From Amphiscolops sp. MND2022 (taxonomy: Eukaryota), in NCBI GenBank assembly GCA_964187785.1, contig OZ076411.1, forward strand, positions 57,102,001 through 57,166,000: DNA of 64,000 nt. Reading direction: 5' to 3'. Under the pieces are notes generated by a model. It did not search any database and was not told where the DNA came from. It saw only the letters and a program-made list of their open reading frames with translations. A program made the position numbers and the translations under genes. Shown here piece by piece: positions 50,401-64,000 of the stretch. The stretch's first letter is position 1. Every line of letters starts with the position of its first letter.

Positions 50401-53400
50401 GAGTAATCAAAGTAAACTAAGCAGTACGAGTAATCAAAGTATATTTAGGGCGTGAAACGTCGTGATTACTCGTTCCATCATCAAAAATCTTTAAAGCGCC
50501 AAAATAATCATGTTTCAATCAGCTGAAAGCTCTGTAGTTAACCAAAGTGTAATCTAGCATATACTATAGTTTGTAGTTTCTTAGAGTTACCCTTTCCAGT
50601 TGAGTACTAGAAAAACACAAAAAAACCTTCAAGAACTTCTTCTACTAGCAGAGGAAAATTTTTTGTTATGAGCAAGTTCCTGCTGTTCTACGCTAGTCAT
50701 AATCCTCCGAGAGTAAAGACTTAAAAATCAATTACCAATCACCGCCAATAGTATAATTCTGAGTTGAACTGACAGACCCTAGAACACGGATGAGTCTTTG
50801 CGAGAGACTAGAAGCGTTGAGAGAACATATCGCCTAACACCTCTCCGCATTGTCCGATTTCATAAGAAGAGGAGTCAGTGAGTGCAGCGGTTGGCAATAT
50901 ATCGTTAGTCCCTTCAGAGTAAGGACCGAAGTCGTAGTAGATTTCGTGAGAAACCATTCAATTCATAGACGAGCCAACACTGGTGCCAAACGGCTTTCAA
51001 GCCACCAATCAGTTCGCCAACGACATGGAGCAATTGTCCAGGCTGAGTGTGTGCGCTGAAAACGGTACGGACAGCATAATACTCCATTTGTGAGCCATGT
51101 ATGACGCATGTAAGCCAGCCCTAACCGTGGCCAGCTTCTGCCGACAGTTCCAATTCAATGGATGACGCCGAGGAACGTCGAGAAATACCTGGTCTCCACT
51201 GGATGCCACAAAAGATGGTCTCGAAAACGGGCCTAATTCCAACAAGAGACTAGGAACTGAGCAACACATATACAAGTGGATCAGGGAAGTATGTGCAAAT
51301 GTGACTCCTAGGGACTCCCAGACTAGAAGCAAGCGTGGACCCACTGGGTTCTGAGGTGCCTGTATTCAGCGCCAATAAGATTCCGTTCACAAACGCGATG
51401 TCTTGGATCACTGCAGCAACTCCGCTGAGAACTCCGACTGGAAAGGGTAGAACGAGGAGAGGAACTAACCCCTAACTACAGGCGCCCGTGTTGACCAGTT
51501 AGAGATATCCGCAGTCACACCGAACTCTCAACTGACTCGACAACTACGAGAGCAATTAAAGAACCAGAAGCAATCAGAAAAGAATTCACACAAAGTCGAG
51601 TCAAATTACCGCAATACCAGACGAGACAAAAATAAGAAATAATGAGCATGCTGAAAAGATAGTGATAGCGATGGACGATATGAAAAAGAGGTTGACTGAG
51701 ACAGGAATGGAAGGGAGGATTAGTCAAGGCAAACTAGAATCCTCGATGGCATCGATTAATGATCTAATACGGCATCGAGAAACACTAGCTAGCACTCGAT
51801 TGACAGAGATGACTACGCATCATTAGGGAACGAGATCATTGTCGTCTGAAATCAACGTCAGAATTGATGCAACACAGAGACTCGGAACGCAAAAATTGCA
51901 TGATGGAACTCACTCATGGCAACTATACAGGCCCTCATCCTTGGGTTGAGGGATGTAGTGGCAAAGTCGGCCAGAGGCTCGAGTCACACTCCAGCAATAC
52001 CAACGGCCTTTGGCAATACCCTACAAGAATCGATACCATTATATTGTATTATCGATGTTTCAGTTCTCTCCTTGAGCGCGTACCAAAAGATCGCCCTGAG
52101 CCTATTGCTTAATGCTGATTTTCTATTAAACGCAGCCATCGGCAAAAGTATCATTACAATTGGCATTGCAGAAGATGTTAGTTTTCAGCTAGGATGACAC
52201 TCTTTGTGGGACGAACTTTTTTTACGAAAATACAACGTCTTAGTGGAACTCACAGCAATGTGGGTGATCATAAGAGACCAAAAGACACCCAGGATCTTCA
52301 AGGCAATACATGAGGTGAGTGAAAACGAAACATCGTTCATGGGAACACCTGAAGAGGTAACTTTAGGACCTTTTGAACGTAGATTAGTGTGAGAGCAAAT
52401 CATAATGCTCCAATCCAAAGAGTTCACTTTTGAAATGTAACAGTGCACCCTTACACCCTACGAACTATCACACCGGCTGTTTCAGAAGTCACACTACATT
52501 CAGTGGCGGAAGATGGTGTTGTGTATCAGAGCCTCCAAATCATAACTGCATATGAGGATACTATAAGCATTAGGTTTCAATTGAACATTATTTGGAAACA
52601 AGTTCGGAATTTAGATCATTCCCACAAAATTTAAATCATCCCACAGTCAAACATAGGACTATCCGAACAAGCTATTCGCAAATAACGAATCAATAACAAT
52701 ATTCAATGGCTAGGGAAAACTAGTTGACATCCTGAGTGAATACCAAGATTTGTTTATGAAAAACAAAGCATATATCCGACGATGTTAAAGAGCAAAACAC
52801 AGCATAGAACTAGTTCCGGAGGCTATGCCGCACCACGAGGGAGGTACAGGAATGGCCTCTGACAAAGCAGCGAAAGCCAACCAAGAAGTGCAAAACCTTT
52901 TGTCTTTTAAGGATTATTTAGAGAACCATTTATAAAGAACCATTATAAAGAACCATTTTGTCTTTTAAGGATCTTTAAGGATTATGCAACCCGCCTTCTC
53001 ACTGTAGGCAAGTGACATTGTCATGGTAAAGAAAAATACAGGCGAACGTTGCTTTTGATGTGACAGTGAAGGATGCTTTTCCGTTTCCAAGGATAGACAA
53101 GAGTCTGTCTAGAATAGAACATGCGAAAATTTTTATTAGCATTGACTTGCATGAGTCTTCTGACAGACACCGCTGAAGAATCGAGAGAGGAGAAAAACAG
53201 CATTCGCGTGTGAGCTAGGCCTGTTTGAATGGCGTCGCATGCCCTTCGGGCGTTGTTATGCATCGGTCACTTTCCAAAGATCGTCTACCAGAGCGCTTCA
53301 AAAGATCCAACAACGGCACTGTAGTGTCGTGACCTACTTAGACAATACATTTATCGCAACAGGAACCATTGAGGGTCACTTAGAAAGACTTAGAGAAGAG

Positions 53401-56400
53401 TTTGAATGTCTCAGAGAGGCCGATTTCAAAATGCGCTCCGAGAAATGCAATTTCATGCACACAGAAACCAAATACCTAAGACGGATTGTTTCAGCAGAAG
53501 ACATCTAGCCGGACCCAGAATCAGTTAGCATTTGCAGACAACTACGGAGACTTCATTCCTTTTCTCGCCGCTAAGGTACAACCTATGCAGTGGCTGCTGA
53601 GAAAAAATCAACACATCTACTGGAAGGAGAAACTCTATAAGAAGCGTTGGACTCAGTGAAACAGGCGCTATCTGACGCCACAGCTTTTGCTGCACCAAAC
53701 GAACAAGGACAATTTGTGTCAGATCCCGACGCAAGTGCAGTTGCTATTGCCGAAATCCTGCACCAAAAACAAGAACACGGTTGAACAACCATTTTACAGC
53801 CATCTTTCAGGGAGACAAGTTGTTAACACGGACACAGTTCAATTACGGAGCACCTAAATTGGAAATGTAGGCAGTCTTATACTTTATCGAGAATTTTTAT
53901 CACTCTTACATTGCTGGTCGAGAAATCAGGCTTCGCGAGGACAAGCAAACTCTCTCATGGTGAAGATTTTGTCCATGAATCAGACCACGATTAGACGCTT
54001 GACTCTACGCCTCAACCAATACCACTTCAAGACGATTAACACGTGCATTGGAAAAAAAATCTATGAGACCTTACCTGGAATGAGCAGGGGTTTCAGTTTC
54101 ATCTCACATAAAGATTATGGAGACCTCTCATTCTACGACAAACATGGATGGATTATACCAGTTGATACGAGCCTACGGCGGAAGCCAGAGCTCAACTCCT
54201 TGTGTTGTACAGTTTCTAAAAAAACGATCAAAAGGAGAACAAACGAGAGATCAGTCTCCCAACACCATACTTTGGTCCCAGCGGTACAGTGGGAAACGAC
54301 AACCACGTCAACCAAGAATGAAAGAGACCAAACTGCATCCTTAGCAGCACAACCAAAGTTCCACGTCTAGACGATACTGAACGCGACTGAACGCGACCCA
54401 GCGTTGGACAGATTCCCTCCGGCGTATCAAGAACAGGAAGACGTTCTCAGGCTGGTAGGAACTGAGCTACACAAGCATCAGTGGACCAACCATGCGTGGT
54501 CTGAGGGACCTACACTTAGCTCAAAATAAGGACGTACATCTTTGAGAGTTATAAAATTCATGAACAACGAACCGTTGAGCGAGGCCCTGTTCCCAGAGGA
54601 CGTCCAGGATTTGGCAAAACGATACTATCACAAAACGAAAGATTTTCTGTTCATGAATCCCGATTACATATTCTGTGTCAATTACGGTGGCAATGCACGT
54701 ATGACCATAAGCCACAGCTGTATCATCATGAAATTTTATAGAGAGCGCTCAATGAGTCAGATCACCAGGGCGTACGGAAGGTGCAAGCAACGATACAAAA
54801 GAGACACACGAAACCAGGCATCAAGTTAGATGTGGTCATTCAAAATAGACATTGCCTAACGTCTCAATCAACAAAATATCCCGCTGGGAACCCCAGCTAT
54901 CCGCTGCAGAGCATCGATAGCAGCAACTTCAATGACCTAGTTCACATTGACCACTTGAAACTATATAAAACGACGTCAGAAAACACAGGACTCAAGGTCA
55001 TTAAAGATCACTTCACTGTGAGTTTTGCGGAGTCAATCCCATGTATTCACGACGAGAACGACTAACAAACAACAGCGTAAAGAATTCTAAACAAATGATC
55101 AGCCAGGCACGGCCCCGGCGGCCAGAATGCAATCAGACAACGCAACAAACTTCAAGCAGAAAAACATCACAAGAAACAGCAGAAAAAGCACAAGAACTCA
55201 TGAAAACCTCGCTGAGGTAGTTGTCTGGTGGAAAGACAAAACAGGACATTACTCATCTTGCTGAGAGTCTACACGTCTCGCAGAATGCCAGATTGGGACG
55301 GGCACATAAATGGAGTCTGGGGAGCATAAAATTCCACAAGACACGCAACGACAAGATTCTTGCCATACATGATCTTGCATGGAGCTGAAAAATCAATCCT
55401 GTTCTCAATCATATATCCTAAAATTGCAGCGCAAAGAATTGGGTCTGAAGCAAAATGTGTATGACTCCTCTCAGGTAGACAGCAGGAAATTCATGAGCTT
55501 GTTTGCAGGAACACACATCCAGCACACTTGAGACATAAACAGAAATTTGACAAACACTCGAAAGCGCAATCACACGTCGTTTGTCACAAAATCCCAAAGG
55601 GTGGTACCCGCAAATTAATTAGCTCTGGGCGTAGACCTCATAACTTTAATGATGTCTTGCAAGTCGGTAGGTTGAAGGTACTAGACACAAGGCAAAAGGT
55701 CCATTTTGAGCATTTGAAGAAAATTGTGAATTGGGCAGCGCGTTATTGGGCTGCGCATCAACCCTTCGGCTTGTACCAGAACGAAGCCATTGTTGTAGAC
55801 CCATTTGTTGAAGAAAGCAATGAGAAGATAACATCGGTTATATCCAAAGACTCCTTCTTGTCGGAACAACTACCGGAGGCATCGATCGAAGTAGAACCAA
55901 CAAGGCCAATCCCACCCCACATGACTCAAACGCGCACCCAGACAGCTTTATAACAAGGGATCTTACGTAGACGACTCAGTCATTTCGGATACCCGTTTGA
56001 ATCTGAGTCAGATCACGAGATGATTGAACAACCGATAGAAGAAACACAACAACCAGTGGTTTTCCCTGAACTGGATGATCTCAAGCCATTGCATTCAGAT
56101 CAAGATGAAATCTTTCTTGAACCCGCGTGCAACATCTGACCTTCCTTGAACATCGACCCCCACTATCGAACCCGTAACTCACTGATATACTCAGCAGCTT
56201 CCCACTCTTAAGTTCCCAAGCTGAAGACTCAGCACAACCAGAACCGTTAGTGGCGAGCAAGCACTCGAATATGAGTGAAGAAGAAAGTGAACCTCTCCAC
56301 CAGAGCACCACAGTCCCCTCATTCCAGTGGGTCAACAAGTCATAGAAGAAGTAGGAGACGAAGTACTACTTCATGGATCATTGTAACAGCAGGATCGATC

Positions 56401-56831
56401 AGACCAATTACTTGGTCAAGAAGAACACTCAGAGGTATAAAAAGTACTTCTGCGGCATCCAAAGCCCTAGAGCGCGAACTGACATTGCCAAACATTCCTG
56501 AAACTACATCACAGGATCAACATGACCAATTGAGACGTAGTAGAGCACGACGATAAAGATGCGGAACAATTGCGGAACAACAGTCCTGCAATTGTAGTTG
56601 CGTTAACCTAAATCGATGAGAAAGTACCGGACCAGAGTTCGACCTGGAAGCGGATGCTCTTGCCAGAGATTTACCGTATGCAGACACACCAGACCATCCA
56701 GAACGCAGAATTTTTTCAATTAGAGCCAAGAAACACGAGTTTTTACAGTGCACCACAGATAACAGTAAAGAAAACACTACTCAAGCACTGAAGCCGGAGT
56801 AGTTCCTCCTCTAGAAAAGACTCTGAAATCA

Positions 56832-57993
56832 ATGCATAACACCTCACCCTCTGATTGCCCCAATTATTGCTTTAGTGAATGGACATATCACGAAAAGAGT
56901 GGACTGGATTATTTCTCTCTAGCTGCAATGATCCCACCACTTCCGACATTGACGGTATTTGGGGAGATAGATCCCAGGAATGAAAAAGTAGAAATGATAC
57001 GCTGTATTGTGGACCAATCGTGGACCATCGTCTACAACAGTTTGGACACAATATGGTATGACGTCCCCTCACGGAGATGCATATCATCCAACTGACAGTT
57101 GGTGGCTGCTAGTCACCTCCTTAGACGAAACGTCGTCGCTGTCGCCAGGAACGTTGCTAATTTGCCTAGAAAATGTACGCACACTCGTAGAATTGAACAA
57201 CACATTGTGTTTGGGTCTTGCGGATGCTTTTCGCGGAAAGTCAGCATTGGTTGATATTGATAGCTCTTAATGTTCTGTACACAAGCAAAGGTACGCATTC
57301 GTTTTCTACAACAATCACACCTATTCCATCGGAACACCATTAACGGTGGTTCAAGCGCTCTCCATGGTCCACGAGTGGGCAAGTACGAACATGGTAGAAC
57401 GCCCGCTGCGCCTCATAGTATTGCTAGACCGCAACAACATGAATGAAGCCTTCCATCACCTTGTCCCCGATTGGGCAAGTACTACGAACATAGTAGAACC
57501 CTCGCTGCGCCGCACGGTATGGCAGGACCGCAAAGCCATAACTGAAGCCTTTCATCACCTAGTGACAATCACAGGACCCTGATATGGGAACACTGACATG
57601 GGAACACCGACATGGGAACACCGACATGGGAACACCGACATTTTGCAAGCACGTGGTACCGTGGCGATATGCTGTCCGGCGGACTTGATCTCCTACTCAG
57701 GAAAGGCCTGTTACGTGATCAGAAAATTTGGCCCAGAGAAAAGTTTCAGGCTACTCGCAGCCGTAGAAAAGGCAGTACACCTAGCCAATTCACCGGACTC
57801 TTCGTTGAATAACAATATCTTTGTCCTTTTCACTCGAGCATCCGGCCAACAACCACTCCTGCATGACTTAATACACCAATGTGTTGCAGATATAGTCATG
57901 AAACTCACACTAAAACAAATAAAACAGGTACGATTTTCCATAAAAGATCTGGAAGGTCGACCATTATCTTACCAATGTAGTATACGATGCTGA
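56832..57993 (+). pseudogene. Extra ORF downstream of the element D integrase, ending in a macrodomain-like (TARG1/OARD1-type) region at ~57640-57960
   Basis: AICCPAD..SG.A....KFG ... IFVLFTR...QP...L..QC aligns by eye to the TARG1 pattern AHCISED.MG.GIA..FKKKFG...IYYLITK...KPTYENL..SL. Frameshifted upstream. Confidence 0.55.
57584..57639 (+). repeat. 14-bp tandem repeat x4 (ATGGGAACACCGAC)
   Basis: Directly visible in the sequence. Confidence 0.95.
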
Positions 57994-58149
57994 GAGGTCA
58001 ATTAATTGAATCTTACATTGACATAGTCCTACATGACCGAGTTGTTCAACTTCTTTCAGTATTTTAAACTCGGACTGAAAACATTTCGACTGACTTTAGT
58101 ATCTTCAGTGTTTGTTCATCTTTCTTTCTGAGAAAATACATTGATTCTT

Positions 58150-61100
58150 GTTATGTTTGGAAGAATTTTACGTTTCGAAGAAGTTCAGAATAAAATTAGG
58201 AAAGATTATTTCGAAAAACTAAAACTTCCCTAAAAGAAACACTTTTTTCTAAAACATGGCGCTCAAAATGGAAAATAAAACGTCAGCTGAGAACAAAAAA
58301 ACGCAAAAAAAAACAAAAATTAAGAGTCTGGAAAAAAACTTACGAAAAAGAAACAATCCGCCGAAAGAGGAAAACGCAAGCAGCTTGGTCTCATGAATGT
58401 GATAGCAAAAGTGGTCAAAAAAGTAGAAACACCAAAATCTGACAGGAACGACATTACTGAAAAAATTTCGTGTGAGAGCGGCGAGCGAAACAGTTGGTAG
58501 ATTCAAGGGTAGCAATAGAAAAAATAGATTTGGAAATGGATGAGGCCTTAGCGGAAGAAGGAGACATAGAAGATGACGCGGTTACAGAAAACGTAGAGCG
58601 GTGTCCGAAAGTACTAATGTTTTTGGAAGAGTCCTTGTTCAACATCGAGGAATTTCAGGAAGAAATTGAGAGAAGAAAGGATACGGAAGTTTTGAAGGAA
58701 CAACAGGGAGCGGCGATGAACGTGGTATCGGACACAGGCGATCAGGAGCAACGGGGTGTAGCACTAGTAGAACGGGTAAATGTTTCAGAGGAAAACTTCA
58801 TATCGTACAGATTGGGTGGTACAGAGCGAGCTTTCACGGACGATTCGGTTGACGCAGCGGTAGCGGAAGGTCAATCAGGCGGAAGAAGAATTGTGTTTAG
58901 TGTAGATGAGGAGCAACGGGATAGAAGTCTTGGCTTGGAATCAGACGAGGGTAAAGATGTCATGGCATCCGTTTTGGCTCAGTTTGATTCCTTGGGGAGT
59001 AGCGCAAACACTTTTCAAGGACTTCACAGCCAACCGAGCGGACTGGAACAGCAAATTTGAATCCATTGGAGCTTCAAAGTGTAGCGCAGTCACGATTGTC
59101 ACGAAGAGTTGGAGATGTCGGCGATGCTGGTGCAGACGGAGATAGAATCGACGCGGTTCGAGGAGAGGCAAGGAGATTAACCCCCACTGACCCATCGCAA
59201 GACAAACGCGGCAAAAGGTAACCCAGCAAAACTGCTGTCCTGATCTCAAACGACAAAAAAGACAGTTTTACAACTTCTCCCAATTCAAGTACAGAAGTGA
59301 CGAAGCGCAAAACAACAATCAGAAAGCGAAATATGAAGACAAAAAAGTTGACGACGGCAGCGAAACAGGAGCAGATGAAAACGAAGCAGCAGCAGGAGAA
59401 GAAGAAGAAAAAGAAGAAAAAGGAGAAGAATGACAACAACAACGAAAATCACAAAGAAAAAGAATGACAAAGAAACCTAGCGAGACACTTAGGAAAGTGC
59501 AGGCAAGGTAAAACTAACCAAAATCCCGGGCGCAGACGAATTGAGACAAGAACTCAACGTCAGAACCTACACGTATGGAAACGCAAGAAATGTGACATAT
59601 GTTGGTCCTGGCTGCTGGCAACGAACATGTCAAGATACAAAAATAGAGTCCATGGTCTTCCTGGGCATGCCTCCTAAAGGCCGAGAAGCGTTTTTCAAAA
59701 CGTTTTTCAAAGCACGTCGATGTAAAATTTCCAAAAGAGGAAATGCCAAAATTTGTCGGAACAATCACGGGGTGGATAAGTTTCCGAAAGTTTTCGGAAA
59801 TGCAGTTCACCGAATCACATCAGTGTCAAAAACTGACAGGTTTACCTACTTGAAGGCAAGCTTGACAGGCAAGGCAGCAAAAAAATTGCTGGTTTGCCCC
59901 TCACTAAAGGAGGCGTTTGGAAATTTGAAAAAAATTGAGTTTAATAGCAAATTTCAGCAACTAAGTTCGCCAATATTTCCAGTATAACAGAAAGCAGAGA
60001 CGTTGTGAGACTAAAGGGATTTTTAGGACAAGTTGAGATCATCTTTTGCGGTATGCAGTCTTTGTCAAATGACGAAAGTACATTTGGTTCTTTCCTCATT
60101 CCAATCTTGTTGGAGAAGTTACCTTAGGATATCAAATTGCAAGTAGGGCGTTTGATTTCTTCAGAGATTTGGGATTTGAAGGACCTCGTGAAGGTTCTGA
60201 GCAAAGAGATTGGAAACAAGGTAGAAGTATGCTTTCTAAACAAACAGAGACAAAGTATTGGAACAGTCAGGAAACCATTTGCAGGTGATTACACTACTTC
60301 ATTTGTCGTTAGTAAGACACATGAAAAAGGATATGCTTTATGTTAAGGTCAACACAGTAGTCACAAGTCTTCGTAGTACAGTCACCACAGGAAATAAGAA
60401 AAAACTGATGCAGTATGGACGGTGTTTTAGGTGGTTGTCTTCTGAGCATCTATCACAGGTTTGGCAGATGGAACGAAATTTGTTTAACTGAGGCAGAAGC
60501 ATCATGAAGCTATTTGTTTCAAGAACATGTCAAAAACAAGAGCAGAGGGGAACACTTCAGGCAATGGCCACAACTGGGAAAATAGTTCTCTTCCAGCGAG
60601 CGCCGAGGACACATTTCAAACATACAAGGTTTCGATGGGCGGCGATTGTGAGCGGACATCTTCTCTTTTTTCTAGCTCGAAACGGCAGTTACCGGTACTA
60701 CTCGAAACGGCAGTTATCGGAGTTTCTAATGGCAAGGATGAAGCATATCGAGGAATATATTTCTTCATAAGTTTTCGCAACAATCTCACATTATGGGCGA
60801 GTTTGCAGGTAGTCGTAGAATAAAGGTCGTTGGTCAAAAAGTTTTTGAGGTGAACGCATTTGGTTCTAATGAGGTTCAGCAGGTTGAGCAGAAAGTATAC
60901 GAGGCTTCAATTTAGACTGGAAAAATGGTTGATCATTTGGTGGGGATGGACACTATCTGTTCCCCATTGCTGAGTACATACAACATTCATGATGTCAAGC
61001 GACAGCATCGTTACTTGAGAAACCTTCAATTAGCGGATGACCTCAAAGATTACGTCATTAGGGTGCTGTCTGTCAATGCTCTGATTGGTTCATATCTCTA

Positions 61101-64000
61101 TTACAATTTCGTGACATCGCAAGTCATTGTCGGTTTCCAAGGTACTAAACTTTGCGCGGTCAGCAGTAAGTGTGGTTGGGTTTTGTTGGGGGTTTTTGCA
61201 GTGTGGGGCTGAGAAATCTGAAAGTTCGGTGGTGCCTTTCTTGAGTTCTGTACGGGTGCAGATACTCTGTTGGAAATTGTCGAACGTTTCTAGAACACTT
61301 GAAAGCTTGGGAATTAAAACACAAGAAGACACTCTACTGGCGGATTTCGAAAAAAAATCAATTACTTTCAACGGGAAAAATTTTGTAATTAAGCTTCCGT
61401 GGAACGGGAACGAAGGGTTTTTACAAGATCACAAGAAGCTAGCAACAGTTTGAGGGAACAAGTGGAGGCTGGTATCCTGGAGGAGGTGCCAGAACAGGAC
61501 ATTAACACGAGCAAAAGGTGTCATTACACACCTCATCATGCAATCATCAGAGAAGAAAAGGCAACATCGAAGCTACGGGTGGTGGGGGATGGCGCAGCAA
61601 GGTAATCAAAGTTTGATTTTTTTTAAATTTTTGGCTGTTTTTCTGAAAAGCAAACTTTTTGGTGCCTTTGTTAGTTATCTTACTGAGTTTTAGGTTGTTT
61701 CAGGTCACAATTCTTGCCGATATTGAAAGGGCGTTTCTTCAGGTTTGTGTACCTCAAGACGACATTGATGCGTTGTTGACATTGAGCATTTGTTCTAATA
61801 ATTCGTTCAATCACAACATGGTGGCCGTATTTAGGTATTTGATGGTTTTTTGGCTTTGCTTGTAGTCCAGTTATTCTGAACGCAACAATCAGGTTTCACC
61901 TAAAATGTTTCTAGAAAAGGCACAGAGTAAAGAAGATTGAGTCATGTTGAAATCGTTGATCGTCAACTTTTATGTTGACGATTTGACCCTCAGTATTCCT
62001 TCAGCGGAAAAAGCGGATGGGCTGATTTCACTCTCCAAAAAAGTGATAGGTGAGACTGCTATGAGACTGAGGAAATGGGTGACGAACAAAATGAAAGTTT
62101 CCAATTTCTTGGAAAAGAAGAAGATTGTGGAAAGCTTTTCTGAAGAGCAAGTATGCTTGAAAATGTTGGGGGTTTTCGTATCAAACCAAAAAAGATGAAA
62201 TTCATTTTGGTTTCTCCAGTTTCCTGATTAGTTTAGCGGAAAAAAACAAGGTGACAAAACGAATATTGCTCGGAGTTTTTCTAGCATCGCCTATATTTTT
62301 GGGGTTAGTTTCATCAGTGGTGGTGGAACTCACATTAGCAATTCAGGATCTTTGAAAACGTTGGGACGATGTTTTGTCAGAAGAATTTGGTCGGAAATTC
62401 GAGGAGGTCTTCAGGGAGTGAAGAAAAGAAAAGTTGGTAATTCCAGGGCAGTATGTTGAAGTACAAGGTACGTACAAAATTGAGCTTCATAGTTTTGCAG
62501 ATGCGTCTCAGCGGTTTCTTCGTTAGCGTGTTATGGTCATGCGATTCTCGCAGGAAAAATCAAAACGTTTCTGGTTGCGTCGAAAAATACGTTGAGTACC
62601 TTGAAATTGGGAGCCATTGCAAGGTTGGAGCTGGTTGTTACATTTTTAGCTTCAAGACTCAGTAAACACGTGGAGGGTGCTTTAGGTGAGGTGGTTCAAG
62701 GGAAACACTTTTGTCGGGTTCAGGATTCAATTTGTCATGGATTCATTCGCACACGGCAGAACAACGGGGCGTTCATCCAACGTAGCCTACCTGAGGTTGC
62801 TTGAGATTAGAGAACTATCTGATGTCACTCATGATACTTTGTAACTTCAGAAGAAAATCCAACGGACATGTCGTCTAGAGGTTTGCGAATAGATTATCTC
62901 AGGGAATGTCAGCTCTGGTGGCAAGGGCCAGATTTCTTGAAACTCGAGGAGGGCAATTGGTTATCGAATGAGGTCAGAAAGGAAAACATTTGTACAACAG
63001 TTGCAGTTATAATGTGTTCACCGGATGTTAAGTTACCAAGTGTTACTAAGGTTACTATGCTTACAGCAAAGACTCCAGGTTTGTTAAGGTATCAGAACAA
63101 TTTTTGAGAGCATTCGAGCGATTACAGAAGATGATGTTTAGAAGGAAGACAGACGGAGAACATGATTTTCCTTGCAGTACAAAAGGAGGTTCGCAGGAGG
63201 AGTTGCGATTTCTTGCGAAGAAGGAAGGCTTTCAGCCTTCAAGGGTCAAAGAGCTGCGGCTTTTTCTTCCAACGGACGGGTTAATAAGGTGTCAAACAAG
63301 GTTAGCGGAGGCTAAGTTTTTGTCGTTCTGTGCTAAAAATCTAATTCATATACCTGCATGGGAGTATGTAAGAGACCTAATTATCATGCACTTTCATGAG
63401 GGGATCAATCATAGGTCGGTCCAGCTTTCACTAACATCGGGTAGACTTTGCGGGACCCCACTACCTGAAGTATTTTGATCCTGAAGCTGGAAGCAATCAG
63501 GCGTACATCTGTCGTTTCACATGTGCGTTGTCAATTGAGAAGTCCATTTGGAGGTCACACAGAGTCTCACAGTGGCAGCTTTTTGCGGGCTTTTAAAAGA
63601 TTCGTGGCAAGAAGGGGCACTGAGTGACGTTTTATTCCGACAACGGAAAGACTTTTACGGAGCGAGCGAAGATGTCAAGGCCTTTGTGTCTTTTCTTCGC
63701 CTGAGATTTTCCCATCCAGGAGTTGACTGGAAGTTCGAACTGGACTTAGCACCATGGTGGGGGGTTTCTGGGAAAGACTAGTGTGATCTGTCGAGGAACT
63801 ACTCCGAAAGGCGTTAGGTCGTAATGTTATTGAGTACGATGAATTGGTCACAGTAGTCACCGAAGTTGAAACAGTGGTCAACAGTCGACCACTAGGATAC
63901 CTCTATTTGGACGACCCTTCAGAGTGTCTTCCTTTAACGCCTTCTCATCTGGTCAACGGCAGAAGTCTTTTTGGTTCAGCCATCACAATACCTTAAAGCA
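58150..64000 (+). mobile_element. Decayed BEL/Pao LTR retrotransposon, running to the window edge
   Basis: PBS-like TGGCGCTCAA at 58257 after AACA; gag FTYLKASLTGKA; RT DIERAFLQV and FYVDDL; Pao RNase H LHSFADAS, IARLEL, NPTDMSSRG, LWWQGPDFL; integrase APWWG.FWERLV, EVETVVNSRPL, LTPSHL. Confidence 0.92.

Larger units (their letters stand above)
50981..57993 (+). mobile_element. Heavily decayed Gypsy element D (same family as element A); gag largely deleted, pol remnants, extra 3' ORF
   Basis: PBS-like TGGTGCCAAAC at 50981; ANQEVQ..L, IVMVKK, LFEWRRMPFG, YLDNTFI; integrase MQSDNA.NF and AYNSTRH. Boundaries are approximate. Confidence 0.8.

Noticed and set aside
59074-59470. Phe/Cys-rich minus-strand ORFs
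   Set aside because: Shadow ORFs of the GAA/AAG-rich low-complexity part of the BEL gag.

Overview
AT-rich animal genomic DNA, almost entirely nested and decayed retrotransposons. The element sequences remind me of acoel flatworm genomes, but that is inference only. Main content: (i) a decayed Gypsy fragment (~1.5-7.4 kb, +); (ii) an old ~15 kb Gypsy element, G1 (7425-22687, +), carrying two copies of a Tc1/mariner-type MITE and followed by a 2.59 kb tandem duplication of its 3' end; (iii) an isolated first coding exon of an r-opsin/melanopsin-like GPCR (26902-27098, -); (iv) a structurally complete 15.3 kb Gypsy element, G2 (32058-47344, -), with ~1.35 kb LTRs and a GTGGA target-site duplication; (v) another decayed Gypsy with a macrodomain-like extra ORF (~51-58 kb, +); (vi) a BEL/Pao element (~58.2-64 kb, +). 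The key observation is that G1 and G2, whose LTRs do not align, share a complex-retrovirus-like layout. Gag starts ~200 codons inside the LTR and reads through the PBS, followed by a -1 frameshift into pol. Downstream lies an antisense five-exon gene (BED-like zinc finger, probably a catalytically dead hAT-transposase derivative) whose three internal exons are identical in length in both elements (486/135/82 bp). A divergently transcribed sense ORF with an unrecognised CxxCG domain then runs across the PPT into the 3' LTR. All alignments were done by eye; no searches were run.
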